A DNA stretch of 64,000 bases from Octopus vulgaris (GCA_951406725.2 OX597818.1:69192001-69256000); one strand, 5' to 3'. Counted from the first letter of the stretch, positions 24,134 through 36,837 are shown. Program-made: numbers and translations. The notes: generated by a model not told the origin, from the sequence alone.

Positions 24134-26180
24134 ATGATGCTTCACCTGTTGTATCTGACCAAAGTAGTTCTCAGTTAGGTTTTGAACCACTACAACAAGA
24201 TCATTATATACTTTCTGTGGTGCCATCTCATGTAAGTGTCTTCTGCAATAGCCAAGAGTTAAGCAATGTATACACACACACATAAACACACACATTCTGA
24301 TATAGAAGTAGAAAAGCATGGAGAGATGTGTGTTTAATGAATATATTTACATGAAATACAAAAAAAAGAAAAGCATGTTAAAATTGTGGAATGAAGGATA
24401 CAAAGAAAACGAAAGAAATCCTTTAAAAGTTTTGGTTGCAACAAGGCTGAAGCCATAACCCTGCCCATCCCATAATAAAGGCCCCTAATGCTGTAAATGT
24501 ATGGAATAACAAGTTCCTGTGGATCTGTTAAGCAGGGCCAACTGTCCCTCATCAGAAGAGTGTCCCCTTTTGTGACCATTCATTCACACTCGAGTCTATA
24601 GTATCAAGCTTGAACCTGTAACAGCGACAGTTTGTTCGTAAGAGGATTGTATGAGATTAACCAGATACACTTGTTGACAAATAGGATGACGATGATGATG
24701 ATGGCAGTGGTGGTCGTCGTAGTGGTGGGGACGATGGTGGTTGTAGTAGTAGTGGTGGTGCAGGTGGTAGCAGTTGTGGTGGTTATGATGATGATGGTGA
24801 TGATGCTTCAATGGAGACATCTGCTAAATGGAATGGTAATTGTTCCTCTCCCAACCTTGTCTTTGGTAAAATCTTCAACCGCAACTTCGTTCTTCCAGCA
24901 GTTCCAAATCTAAAACCAGTTTCGGTCAAAACCAATTTTGTCACTCCACTTGGAATTACATCCTGATTGTACTCCAAGACAAGAGGGTTGTGACAATAAT
25001 AGTGAGGAAGTTGATGAGGCTGACGATGACGATGATGATGCTGATGATGAAGATGACAATTCCAACAACAATGCAGATGACGGTGTTTGTGATAAAGGTG
25101 GTACCGATGACGGTAGGATAATGGGGGGGGGGGAGTAGGATAACGACATTGATGATAATGATGAAGGTGATGGTGGGGATAACGATGAGCAGGAGGCTGA
25201 GTAATGATGATGATGATGATGACGTCGGTAACCACGGCGATGGTCTTTGCAAGCATTGTCATCATTTTTGAAGATATGTTGAGACTGTTATCTCTCTGTC
25301 ATCTTTATCTTCTGGAAGTAATATAGAACTAATCATTTTTAGAACATTTCCCAAAAGACTTATTTCTAATCGGAGCCGGGGTCAGCCAGGGTCGTTTTCA
25401 TTAAAGTTCCACATTAACACTGTTTCATCAGCCAACCTTTACTAAAACGATGTCCGTCTCATCTTTTGCCCAAATCAGATTCTTGAAAGTAAAACAAATG
25501 ACCCAGAATTATCGTCATTTTTACACTTCAGCAAATAAATGCGTCCTCCTAATACATACATACGTACACACAAGCACATGCACACACACACATATATACA
25601 TACACACACACATATACATACACACACATACATGCATACATGCATGCATACACACACACATCTCTATATGCATGTATGCACATAGAAGTGTATATGTATA
25701 AATATAGGAATACATGTATATGAACATATATATGTATATATGTGTATTTGTGTGTGTGTATGTGTGTGTGTATATATATATACATGTATATAGATATGTA
25801 TGTATGTATATATATATATACATGTATATAGATATGTATGTATGTATATATATATATAAATGCTTATATAGACATGTGTGTGTATGGGTGGGTGCATGTG
25901 TGTGTGTGTGTGTATTATGTAATTTTATATTTTGGTCTTTGGAGTCTTCATTCCAGAGAAACATTCTTCTACTTGCAAAGTCTCTGAAGGAAGAAACGCT
26001 GAAGAACCCACAGTTGACCTTTTCACATCCGCAACTGTTTGTGTTGACGTTTAAATGCTACAAATGCATCTTGTTGTTATTGCTGTTGTTGTTGTTGTTT
26101 ATGTAACTAACTTGTGCCAGTGGACATGTACGAAGGAATACGGCATTGCATGAAGAACATACTGGCTTCAGGACTGTTGG

Positions 26181-26260
26181 CATCATCACCATCATCATCA
26201 TCATCATCATCATCATCGTCATCATTGTCGTCATCATCATCATCATCGTCATCATCGTCG

Positions 26261-26292
<32 letters not shown>

Positions 26293-26374
26293 GTCATCAT
26301 CACCATCATCATCATCATCATCATCGTCGTCGTCGTCGTCGTCGTCATCACCATCATCATCATCATCATCATCC
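26181..26374. repeat. (CAT)n/(CGT)n trinucleotide tract
   Basis: Direct reading. Confidence 0.95.
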
Positions 26375-26757
26375 TGATCACTGTCATTATTGACGTTGAC
26401 ATCATAGTTTAACTTCATAGCTTCAAGCAGGTCCAGCATTCACACACACACACACATACACACACACATATACACGCACACACACACACGTACAGCTGGT
26501 CCCATGCTGCTTATCATATTCTAAGCCAGAGAGAAATTCTATCCAAGCCAGTCTTGCCATTCACTCGTTTTCATTCTTCCAACCCCTTGGCTAACATTAC
26601 TCACACCAGTTGCACCTTCAGGTTATACATGTATCGCTACATGCATATTACATGTATGGCTACATGCATATTACATGTATCTATATTGAAGAGAAAGAGC
26701 ATGCGTGTGTTAACATTTCTATTTTATTCCATTCTGTTACAAATATGATTTAATCAT

Positions 26758-27492
26758 AGGCACAGGGGTGGCTGGGTGGTAAGAAGCTTACTTCCCAAAC
26801 ACATGGTTCTGGGTTCAGTTTCATAGCATGCATATGTCTTCCACGGTAGTCCCAGAATGACTAAAGACTTGTGACTTGATTTGGTAGACAGAAACTGAAA
26901 GAAGCCTTTCAGGCGCCTAAAGGTGGTGAGCTGGCAGAATCGTTAGTGTGCCAGCTGAAATGCTTAGTGGTATTTCGTCTGCTATTATGTTCTGAGTTCA
27001 AATTCCGCCACAGTTGACTTTGGCTTTCATCCTTTCGGGGTCGATAAATTAAGTATCAATTATGCACTGGGGTCGATGTAATCAACTTAATCCCTTTGTC
27101 TGTCCTTGTTTGTCCCCTCTGTGTTGAGCTCTTTGTGGGTAATTAAGAAAAAAGAAACTGAAAGAAGCCCATTGCATATGTAACAAACTAAGGCTGTGTA
27201 GATTTTAGAACATTTATAAATAGAAGGTTTTGAAAACGTGTTCCGGCGCCCAGCGGCACGATGCTAACACAGCCTTGTGTTTGTGTTTGTTCCCCACCAC
27301 TGCTTGACAACCAGTGTTGGTGTGTTTACATCCCCATAACTTAGTATTCAGCAAAAGAGACTAATTGAATTAGTACCAAGTTTTACACCACAGGTACTGA
27401 GATCGATTGAACTGGCTAAAAATTCTTCAAGGCAGTGCCCCAGCATGGCCACAGCTTAATGCCTGAAAGGTGTGTAAAAGATAAAAGATAAA
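26758..27492 (+). mobile_element. Bipartite SINE interrupted by a second SINE (26907-27152) flanked by a 17-bp duplication
   Basis: agaaactgaaagaagcc at 26890-26906 and 27153-27169 flanks a ggtggtgagctggcagaatcgttag.. SINE. Confidence 0.85.
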
Positions 27493-27680
27493 CATTATAC
27501 CCCAGTGACTTAATCTGGCTTTCAAACTATTTAACTCATTATCCTCATCCATTCACTTTATTCTCCTTTCCACCCATTCCCCACCAACCACATCTTCTGC
27601 GTAGCTACACTGGACCTCAATCCCATGATTTTCTGATGCTACCAAATTCCTAGTACCATTCCTGTGTGCAATTGGCTAGC

Positions 27681-28617
27681 ATCTTGGGGTTAGTAGCCCA
27701 CACTCTTAACCACTACGCCACGGGTATATGGCATTGTGGTTAAGAGCACAGGCTACTAGCCCCAAGATTCTGAGTTCGATTCCAGGCAGTGACCTAAATA
27801 ATAGTAATAATAAAAATAATAATGGGTAGCAAGCCGACCTTCCCTGAATGATATCTCAGCTTCAATTCCCACCATCCATACAGTGTAAAGAGAGGGATTG
27901 CTCAGTGCCTAAAACGTTGAGCAAAGAATATAAGGAGCAATCGTGATACACACCACAAAGAAATGATGAAGCTCAGTAACAATCTATTAAGCAACAACTA
28001 CCCCAAAAGTATATACTATCCACTGCAATTATGAAGAAGAGAGAGGATGAGGCCAACCTACCCTATGTGAAAGGCCTCTCCAAAAAGATACAAAAGATAT
28101 GCGGTCCATATGACATCAGGACAGTATTCAAAAGTAATACAACACTTCAAAATATTTCCTTTGAGTAAAACCACCAATAGAAGAGAATATGACTAAGAAC
28201 TGCATGTACTCCATCCCATGCAGCTGTGGTAGGTTATACAAAGGTGAAACATGCCACCCCCACAAAATAAGGGTAGAGGAACATCACAAAGCTGTGACAC
28301 GAGGAGATATTGATAAATCGGGTATTGTTGATCATGTATGGAAAAATGGAGACCACCTCCCCCTGTGGGATGAAGTTAAAATAATAGACAGAGAACACCA
28401 CTGGAAAATGAGAAAACTAAAAGCATCAGCACATATGCTAGGACACAACAACCTCCTTAGCAGACCGAGTGCAGATATGGGCAGCATATGGGAACTGGTA
28501 TTAAGGAAAGAAAGGAAATAGCTGAAATGTTGTGTTAACAACAAACAAGATGAGGACAAATATCTGTCAAATGTAAATAATGTACATAATTCCTCATCTT
28601 TTAAATATAAAACTGTA
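27681..28617 (+). mobile_element. Palindromic tRNA-head element, copy 2, fused to a Penelope ORF fragment
   Basis: Partial minus head 27681-27720, plus head 27722-27794, (AAT)n, PLE ORF remnant, then the 3' half of the hammerhead and the family tail at 28520-28617. Confidence 0.85.
27829..28521 (+). pseudogene. PLE RT-thumb/linker plus GIY-YIG endonuclease, disrupted
   Basis: KPTFPE*YLSFNSHHPYSVKRGIAQCL..LPYVKGLSKKIQKIC..MYSIPCSCGRLYKGETCHPHKIRVEEH..SGIVDHVWKNGDH..WDEVKIIDRE..RKLK; stops and frameshifts. Confidence 0.88.
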
Positions 28618-29249
28618 TATTTGCAGTTTATCATATATAACCCAAGATGTTGCTCATCCATTGGCGCATACTAGCTTTATTCCATGTCAGTCTTCACTCA
28701 ACACCAGAATCTCACTACCATGGAGCATTGCCATTTTTACACAAGCATCATACAATCTACCTTTCACTCTAAAAGAGAGAGAGTCCTTCTGTTGTCAACA
28801 GAGATAATAGCTCACAGAACTTCCTCCATCCTATACTTCTTCATACAACAATATTTTCAGAACATCATCCTCCTCAGTTAATTTGGTTCCCTAGGTAACA
28901 GAAACCATCTACAATCTTCAGGTTATCCTCTTGGACATTTGAGAAAATCCAATTCTTATGTGTCCTTAATATTTATTAATCCTGTGCAACTGCCACACGT
29001 AAGATGACCCATGATTTTTCTCATGTGTCCATAGCTTTCACTAGGGGCAACAAATGGAATTCCTTCCAATACCTCTCCTTCTTACTATGCAGGGCCATTT
29101 ACCTGGTGGAAAGAGAGTCTTATCCACCTTTGATTCTAGGTTTTACTTCCGTACCTGAAATTTTGGTTTCTGATTCTGCCACAGATTCTGCATCGAAAGT
29201 TCTCATTTTTTATGAAATTATCACAATATATTTGTTTTGAATTCTTCAG

Positions 29250-29605
29250 TTATGGCCTGGAGGATTATGACGAGTAAAAGGAAACTGAGAACCTCACTTT
29301 GGTAAACTCCCTCTTGTTCACTGAACTTTAATTCACTGTACTCATAGCCAATTCTCAACCTGTTGACAGCAATCCTATACATAAACTATACAGCTCTAAT
29401 GAGTCACTCATTTTTTAATTCCCTTAGAGACCACCAGGGATTCTGTCATACTTTTTTCCAGCACGACGAAAGTCAAGTACAATGGTTTACTTTTGGCCAG
29501 ATAGTTCTTCCACAGCTGCCTCACTATGAAGGTGGCATGTGTAGAACTCTTTCCTGGCACAATTTCAAAGAGCATCTCATCTAGCTTAATTATATTCCTA
29601 ATCAA
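29250..29605 (-). mobile_element. RTE LINE reverse-transcriptase fragment
   Basis: FEIVPGKSSTHATFIVRQLWKNYLAKSKPLYLTFVVLEK matches the FGF.PG.ST.DAIF.VRQLQEK..L.LAFVDLEKAFD pattern. Confidence 0.8.
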
Positions 29606-29777
29606 TTGGGGTATAACATTTCTTGATCTTTCACACAGACACACACACACGCAAAGACAGATAGACAGACAGGCAGGCAGGATGATAGATCGATAGGTGT
29701 GGAGGTAGATAGATAGATAGACAGATAGATAGATGGCTGGGTAGGTAGATAGATAAATAAATAGACCGGTAGGTAAA

Positions 29778-30187
29778 TATCTTTCTTTATTAGCTGCACA
29801 GGGCTGGACACAGACGGGACAAATTACAAAGTGGAGCTTTTCTTTTTGGAGAGAAAAAAAAATGGGGTAGGTTTTCGATCAAAAGGGATTGTAAAAAGGA
29901 ATAAAAAAGAAAAAAAGAAAAATGAAAAGAAAAAGAAAACGATCAATAGGGATCGTGTATCACAGAAATGTCATGATGTAAAGTGTAAAGAGAGATGTAA
30001 AGTGTAAAGGTTTATCCATGGAATAGAAAAGCCTACAGAAAAGACCATGGTAACTTCGGTCATTAATGTCACATGTTAACACATTTATTTGCAAGTAACT
30101 CTGTTTTAAATTTTTCCAGGTTCATAGGATTATGCTCAAGGTGGCTTTGGCATTCTATGTGCCATCCTTGCTACATTCGCCCATCTT
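29778..30187 (-). mobile_element. Probable LINE 3' end (possibly Tx1/L1-like) embedded in a (GATA)n tract
   Basis: Unique ~410-bp sequence between two GATA arrays; minus strand has a short RW..V..M coding remnant, T-rich UTR and a terminal aataaagaaagat. Confidence 0.35.
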
Positions 30188-30188
30188 T

Positions 30189-30225
<37 letters not shown>

Positions 30226-30242
30226 CAGATAGATAGATAGAC

Positions 30243-30301
<59 letters not shown>

Positions 30302-30539
30302 CAGATAGATAGATAAATAGACAGACAGACAAACAGATAGATCGATTGATAGATAGATATACATACAGAGAGATGGTGGAGGGGAGGGTTAATACAGATG
30401 TTAGATATTTAAAGTGTAAACTTGCCGGCAAAATAAATAGCTTTTTGAGCATTTTAATTTAAGCTTTTGTGTAAAAATACAATCTATAAAAAAGCATCTG
30501 TTACTATTTTAGTTTTTAAATTCTAACTTCAGCAGCAAT

Positions 30540-31300
30540 ATTTTCTTCTTGTCCGCCACTTTTCCGGGCTTAATTACTGCTTGTCCTCTACTTTTTCAAG
30601 TTCAGTACTTAAAAATATTCTAATACTCTGCACCTACGGTTTTCATTCTAGTCCGTTTTCTCTGTGCAATTTCTAGAATTATAATTAATTGTATTTACCT
30701 TATACTTTTTATTCTAGCTAAACTAAAAATAAAGCAGAAATTTTTTAGCTGAATACAAATAAATATTTAAATCAAAAACATTTACTAACATAAAAAAAAT
30801 TGCAAAAATTATTTAAAAAGTGCACACATATTTGATGAAGAATTTAAGAAATTTATGCTGATCCAACTTTTTCCAAACACCTTTAGTTTCGTTGTCTTCG
30901 GCTTTTATTTTGTAGCTAGTCACCTGATCAATATCCTACCATTTTCTCCAATATACTGAGTCAACATTTGCTTGCCATATTAAAAGCAGCAAAGGATGGT
31001 AATCATTGATAAATTTTTCAGATGATTTTCTTTGAAGCTGATGAAACTTTTTTAACACCTTTTCTCTTTCTTTTTCATTTGACATTTTCAGCAACAATGA
31101 AGAAATTAAACTCTTCTTTCAGCCTTAGGAAAGCCAAATTTACATTTTTTTCCCTTTTCCACAAATTCTTCAACATGTTTTTCTGCATGAATGCATTTGA
31201 AAACAAGTGACCAAATTCTAAAGAGTAAAGCTAGATATTGAATTTGGCAATCTGCATGTAATATATTGTTCTATAATTTTTGGAATTTTTTCTTGAGAAC
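30540..31300 (-). mobile_element. Helentron/Helitron Rep domain fragment, decayed
   Basis: Minus translation HSCRKTC..KKCKFGFPK ... RKSSEKFINDYHPLLLLIWQANVD.QYIGE..VTSY.IKAE matches the H..TC..CRF.FP / IN.YNP.LL..W.ANMDIQY..Y..KAE Rep pattern. Confidence 0.7.
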
Positions 31301-31589
31301 CTTTGTGCACCCAAATTCTCATATGGACATAAGGAGCCCCTCTTTGTTGATACTCTATTCTCCAAAACTAACATGTGATGTTGCCAAAAATTGGATTCAG
31401 TGATTATAATATTAATTAACAGCCACACACAAAACACTTCTTATGACAGTTTGAACATATTTTCATAAACAGATGTTTAAGTGCCAAGTTGGTATTTTAC
31501 AGAAATAAAAGTAATCATCGAAATCAAAATGAAAGTAAAATCGGTTAAGAAGAATTGGTAAATATCCTGAGAAGAAGGAAGAAAGTGGC

Positions 31590-31670
31590 CAGCAGGCTGC
31601 TATCAAGAATCGAACCCTGTATCTCTAAAATTCCAGCTATGTGCTGTGTACCATTAAGCTAAGTGATCCC
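31590..31670 (-). mobile_element. Isolated tRNA-like SINE head
   Basis: Reverse complement gggatcacttagcttaatggtac...cagggttcgattcttg has A and B boxes but a poor cloverleaf. Confidence 0.5.
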
Positions 31671-31699
31671 TGACATCTGATACTGTCTTTTATAATGGT

Positions 31700-32660
31700 T
31701 ATCATCATCCAGATCCTTTGACTGATGCAGCCAGTCTTTGAAGTGCCAGCCTCAATGCATTCATAGTCAGTCATCACCCTTTGTCTCTGTTCTCTGTCTT
31801 GTTTAACAGGTTCACTGCGTTGTGACCTGTTCAGTCCATGACGATGTCAAACTAAGGAATCCTTTGTCTGCCTATCTTTTGCCCCACCCTCAACATGCCT
31901 TGAAGAATGGTTTCGAGTTGTGGCAGGATACATAACTGTACCAGGAAAGCTTTCATCTTCTGCACCTGCGCATGGAGTCGTTCCTGTCTGCCAGAGTATT
32001 TATTGACTTTATGCTTGACAAATATGACCGTTTTGTGCTGTGTACTGGATGTGAAACAGCCTTCAGAAGCATTTGCACCCAAATGCCTGGATTCTTCATT
32101 CCATGTCAGCGGTAAGACTCCAGCTCTCAGACTCATACAGAAGGATTGAAGTCACCAGGGTCTTGCTGGAAAACTAATGGAATTGTTTTGCCATGTTGTT
32201 CAACTTCAGCACAGCAGCAGACGATAGGCTGAGTCTTGTTGTTATCTCCTTTTGATATCTGTTGTTCTTGGTTAAAGTGGATCCTAGGTACTTGAGGGTC
32301 TCCACTTCATCAAATCTCTCTCTCCATTTAACATGATGCTTGTTGCTTTGTTTTGTTTGTTACTAGTAACCAGGATCTTGTTCTGTTGATCTCCATCCCG
32401 TAGACTCCCGGTACTTTTTCCAATCTAGTGGTGAGCTCCTGTAGTTCTGCTTCAATGCTTCCTAACAGGTCAATATCATCAGCAGAGTGCATGTTGGAAA
32501 TAGACCATTCTCTCATGGAAACAGAGAGGTAAAGGTCTTGAAGTGTCTCCTGCAGGATATTCTCCAGGAAGATGTTGAAAAGCACTGGAGAGAGGAGACA
32601 TCCTTGTTGAATTCTTACTGTTATCCTGAAGAGTTCTTCAATGTTGTTATTCAGGAGAGT
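31700..32660 (-). mobile_element. RTE-type LINE, RT to 3' end
   Basis: QQGCLLSPVLFNIFLE..SADDIDLL..ELQEL..YGMEIN..KYLGS..LLYESESWSL..RIQAF..ILQG; (ATG)n tail near 31702. Confidence 0.9.
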
Positions 32661-33555
32661 AAGTTCAGTCATCTGCTGTACACCAGCATCCACCAGGTTC
32701 ATCACCATTTGTGTGGTTGCAAGTCCACAGAATATTATCATCATACAAGTCTATGGTCCAACACTTGAACCTGATGAGGAATTCAATGATGACTTGGAGA
32801 AAATCGCCCAGGCAGCTCCTTATGATGTCCTCATAGTCCTAGGAGACTGGAATGCCAAAAAAGGGCTGGATACATATGACCAGTGGGATGATTTGGGATT
32901 GGAGAAACCAAAAACAGCAATGACCATAGGTGATGCTAGCCACCACATTGTTCCCCAACAAGACCTCACACAGAACGACATGGCATGCACCCAGAAGCAA
33001 GTCTCACAACCAAATTGGCTTCCTCTTCGCACCTCAGAAGTTCAAGTCCAGTATCAACAAGGCTAGGACTAGGACTCTCCCTGGTGTGGACACCAACAGT
33101 GATCATGATGACAATGAGGCTCAAACTGAAAAGGACCCACAACAAAAAGGGCCACACATATTAGGCTTAAGGTAGACAAACTGAACGATCCTAAGGTTAC
33201 ATCTGAGTTTGAGGCAAAAGAAGATGGTGGTTTGTAGCTCTTAACCTTCTACAAGATTATAGAAGCTCCAAAACGGAAAACATCAATGAAGCACTTTGAG
33301 AAATGGCTCCAGAAGTGCTGGCGAGAAGAAAAAGGAAAAATAAACCATGGAACACTGATGACATCTTGGATCAATGCGATTTAAGATGGGTCCTGAGGCA
33401 GACCAAGTTAATGAGTCAGGAGGTAATGAGTCAGCAATCAAAGCACTGAAAAGGTAGGTTAAGAAGAAAATGCCTCAAGTCAAAAGAGAAATATGGAGAG
33501 CAGACCAGTTCAAAATAACTGAAGAAAGGATAAAGAAGGGCAACCGCATACAGGT
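32661..33555 (+). mobile_element. Inverted APE-endonuclease/linker part of the same LINE type
   Basis: IIQVYGPT..EEFNDDLE..LIVLGDWNAK..TWHAP..NQIGFL..RTLPGVDTNSDHD. Confidence 0.88.
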
Positions 33556-33567
33556 ATACATTTTTTT

Positions 33568-33785
33568 TTACCTGTTTTAATCATTAGACTGTGGCCATGC
33601 TGGGGTACCACCTTGAAGAATTTTTAGTCAAACAAATTGATGCCAGTACTTATGTTTTATTTGTTTGTTAAGTCTGTTACTTACTCTATCGGTCTCTTTT
33701 GCCAAACCACTAAGTTATGGGGATGCAGACACACCAACACTATTTGTCATGCAGTAATGGGGACAACACAGTCACAAAGACATGC
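33568..33785 (-). mobile_element. SINE 3' half (family of 13208-13760)
   Basis: tcattagactgtggccatgctgggg...tctatcggtctcttttgcc...taagttatggggatg. Confidence 0.75.
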
Positions 33786-33851
33786 ACACACACACACACA
33801 CGCACACACATTGGTATTTTCAAAGTTTTAGCATATGACACTTGCTCAAGT

Positions 33852-34274
33852 ACAGTTTTATATTTAAGAAATGAGGAATTATGTACATTATTTACATTTG
33901 AAGGATATTTGTCCTCATCTTGTTTGTTGTTAACACAACGTTTCGGCTGATAAACCCTCCAGCCTTCATCAGGTGTCTTGGGGAAATTTCAAACAAGGGT
34001 TCTCATTCACTCTATAATTGCCCACAGGCATATGGCGTAGTGGTTAAGAGTGCGGGCTACTAGCTCCAAGATTCCGAGTTCGATTCCAGGCAGTAACTTG
34101 AATAATAATAATAAGAAGAAGAAGAAGAACATCGAAAAAATACCTTAGGAATGAAAACCCAAGTTCGAAAATTCCCCCTAAGACACCTGATGAAGGCTGA
34201 AGGGTATATCAGTTGTGTTCACAACAAACAAAATGAGGTCAAATATTCATCAAATGTAAATAATGTAAATAATG
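33852..34274. mobile_element. Palindromic tRNA-head/hammerhead element, copy 3, with 13-bp TSD
   Basis: Minus tail plus hammerhead at 33852-34008, plus head 34026-34098, plus tail to 34274; cacttgctcaagt at 33839-33851 and 34275-34287. Confidence 0.88.
33932..33977 (-). ncRNA. Intact minimal type I hammerhead motif
   Basis: Reverse complement: GACAC-CTGATGA-A-GGCTG-GAGGGTTTAT-CAGCC-GAAAC-GTT-GTGTT; loopless stem III with palindrome AACGTT. Confidence 0.75.
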
Positions 34275-35328
34275 CACTTGCTCAAGTGCCACACCATGGC
34301 AGCAGGGGTTGTCCAGTGCCTATTTACCCTTGGTTGGTGATGACAAATGGAAAGTAAGCCCCTTATTTTGATAAGTAAGGTATTTTAATTTGTTTTACAA
34401 ACAGTTTTCCAAGTCAGAATGGAAAAGTTTTCAACTGTTCAGACATAAAACAAATGAATGAACAAGCAGATTTTTGCATGTGTGCATGTGTGCATGTGTG
34501 CACCTTGATGTGCATGTGTGCATGTATAAAAGTATGCACCTTGATGTGCATGAGTGTGTGAGTGAGTGTAATTCTATAATAAGATTAAGATGCTGCAGTG
34601 TAAAAATAAATAATAATCTTTTTACCTTCATTTTATTTTTTAAATAATAATAAAGAATAAAAATGCCTAAAAAAAATACAAACAAATAAACCAGGAGTTA
34701 CAAAGAAAAAATAGACAAAGAGATAGCGATAGAATAAATAAATTTATAAATTAAAAGGATTGGTGTGGTGGTGGTGGTGGTGGTGGTGGTGGTGTGTGGG
34801 GCAGCGATATTTTAATTTATATTTCTCTAAAACAGTTTTTCTTCTTCACTAAGCATACAAAAAGATGATCCACCCACATGAGGAAATGACTCGCTACGTT
34901 CAATGATATTGATTCTGTTGTTATTGTTGTCATCACAATTTATCATTCAGCATTTTCTTCATCCGACCCACCTTTGTTGCAGCTCCAGATATGATGTAGA
35001 TAAGAGAAATTCAAGTCAGATGATCTTCAAATGCACCAGGAAAAAAAAATAAAATAAAATAAATATATAAAATAAATAAAAATAAAGAAGAGAAATGGAA
35101 ATTATAAAAAGATTCTTGAGAGTAGGATGAATTTAGGTCTGTTCAGAGAAGGTAAAAAGAGGGGGAAAAAGGGGAAAAAAAGAGGCTGCTCTTATTTACT
35201 CCAAAGATAACTTCACTTTACATATCATAGATTCATTTTCTTTTTGTCTTGATAAATCTGGAAAAAATAAATGCAAAATGTATTTTTTTTCAGTTAAACT
35301 ATTTACAAATATATACATACATACATAA

Positions 35329-35380
<52 letters not shown>

Positions 35381-35404
35381 CATATATATAAATACATGTG
35401 TATG

Positions 35405-35469
<65 letters not shown>

Positions 35470-35540
35470 GTATATATTTATATATACATATGTATATATA
35501 TTTATATATATATGCATGTGTATGCATGTATGTGTATGTG

Positions 35541-35576
<36 letters not shown>

Positions 35577-35652
35577 ATGCACATGTATATATGAATGGAA
35601 GAATATAACTAGGAAAATTTAAAAAATAAATTTTGGAGTTTTCAGATATCTG

Positions 35653-35695
<43 letters not shown>

Positions 35696-36543
35696 ACAGA
35701 CATTATATCTTTGCATGTATAAAGACCAATGTGCGTATGTAAAAGTCTGTGAGTCTGTGTTCATATGTACCTGGCTGCATAAAAGCGTGTGATGTGTGCA
35801 TGTGCATGTGTGCATGTGTGTGTGTGTGAGTGTGCGTGTGAGTGTGTGTGTGTGTGTTTGAATGCAGTGTGTCTGTAAGTGTGTATAACCTTTGGAAACC
35901 TAAGTAGACTTGCTGATGTAATGCCAGCGATAAGGTCATTAATTGCACTTCTCGCAAAAACAAAATAAAATGAAGTTGGGAAGGAGAAGGCGTGGGGGGA
36001 GGGGGATCAGCCTCCTCACCCCCAAAAAATACAAAACAACAACACATAAATAATTACATAGATGAAGAAAAAACAGAGGGAAATGGTAAAAAACAGATAT
36101 AAGAAAAACTGGTAAGCAGAATAAAGGAAGCGTTTAGAGAAAACCATTTCTTCTTTTGCGTCCTCCTTTCACAATGTCACGTTTTGTGTGATTCTGTATA
36201 GAAAGATGGCCGATAGTAAACAGTGCAGTCTATCACTTTTGGCAAAAAGGTTTCCATCTGTAGTGTTTTGTTTTTTTTGTTTTTTTTGGATGAGTTGAGT
36301 ATACATACATATGCACATTCATATATACATACATAGATATAGATATAGATATGTATACATCTCGTTGAGAGATTTACAAATAGTAATTTTCTATTTCATG
36401 TGTATGTATATATATATATACATACATACACACATAAGCACATTTACCAATATACATATATAAACATATATCCATATATATGTATGCATACAAATATACA
36501 TGAGTGTGTGTGGGGGGGTGTATACATATACATATATACTTTA

Positions 36544-36602
<59 letters not shown>

Positions 36603-36793
36603 CACATATATACACACACGCATTATTGAATTCACTTACGTTCGTGCAATGTATGTGTACATCAAATAAGTAAACCAGAGCAAAATAACCTTCACCTTAG
36701 TTATGTTGAGCTATTTAACATAAAATTTACAGGAATGCCTACCTCTTTCTCTGTTTCTCTCTTCCTCTCTCTGTTTAAATGACATAATATATG

Positions 36794-36828
<35 letters not shown>

Positions 36829-36837
36829 CAGAGAGAG

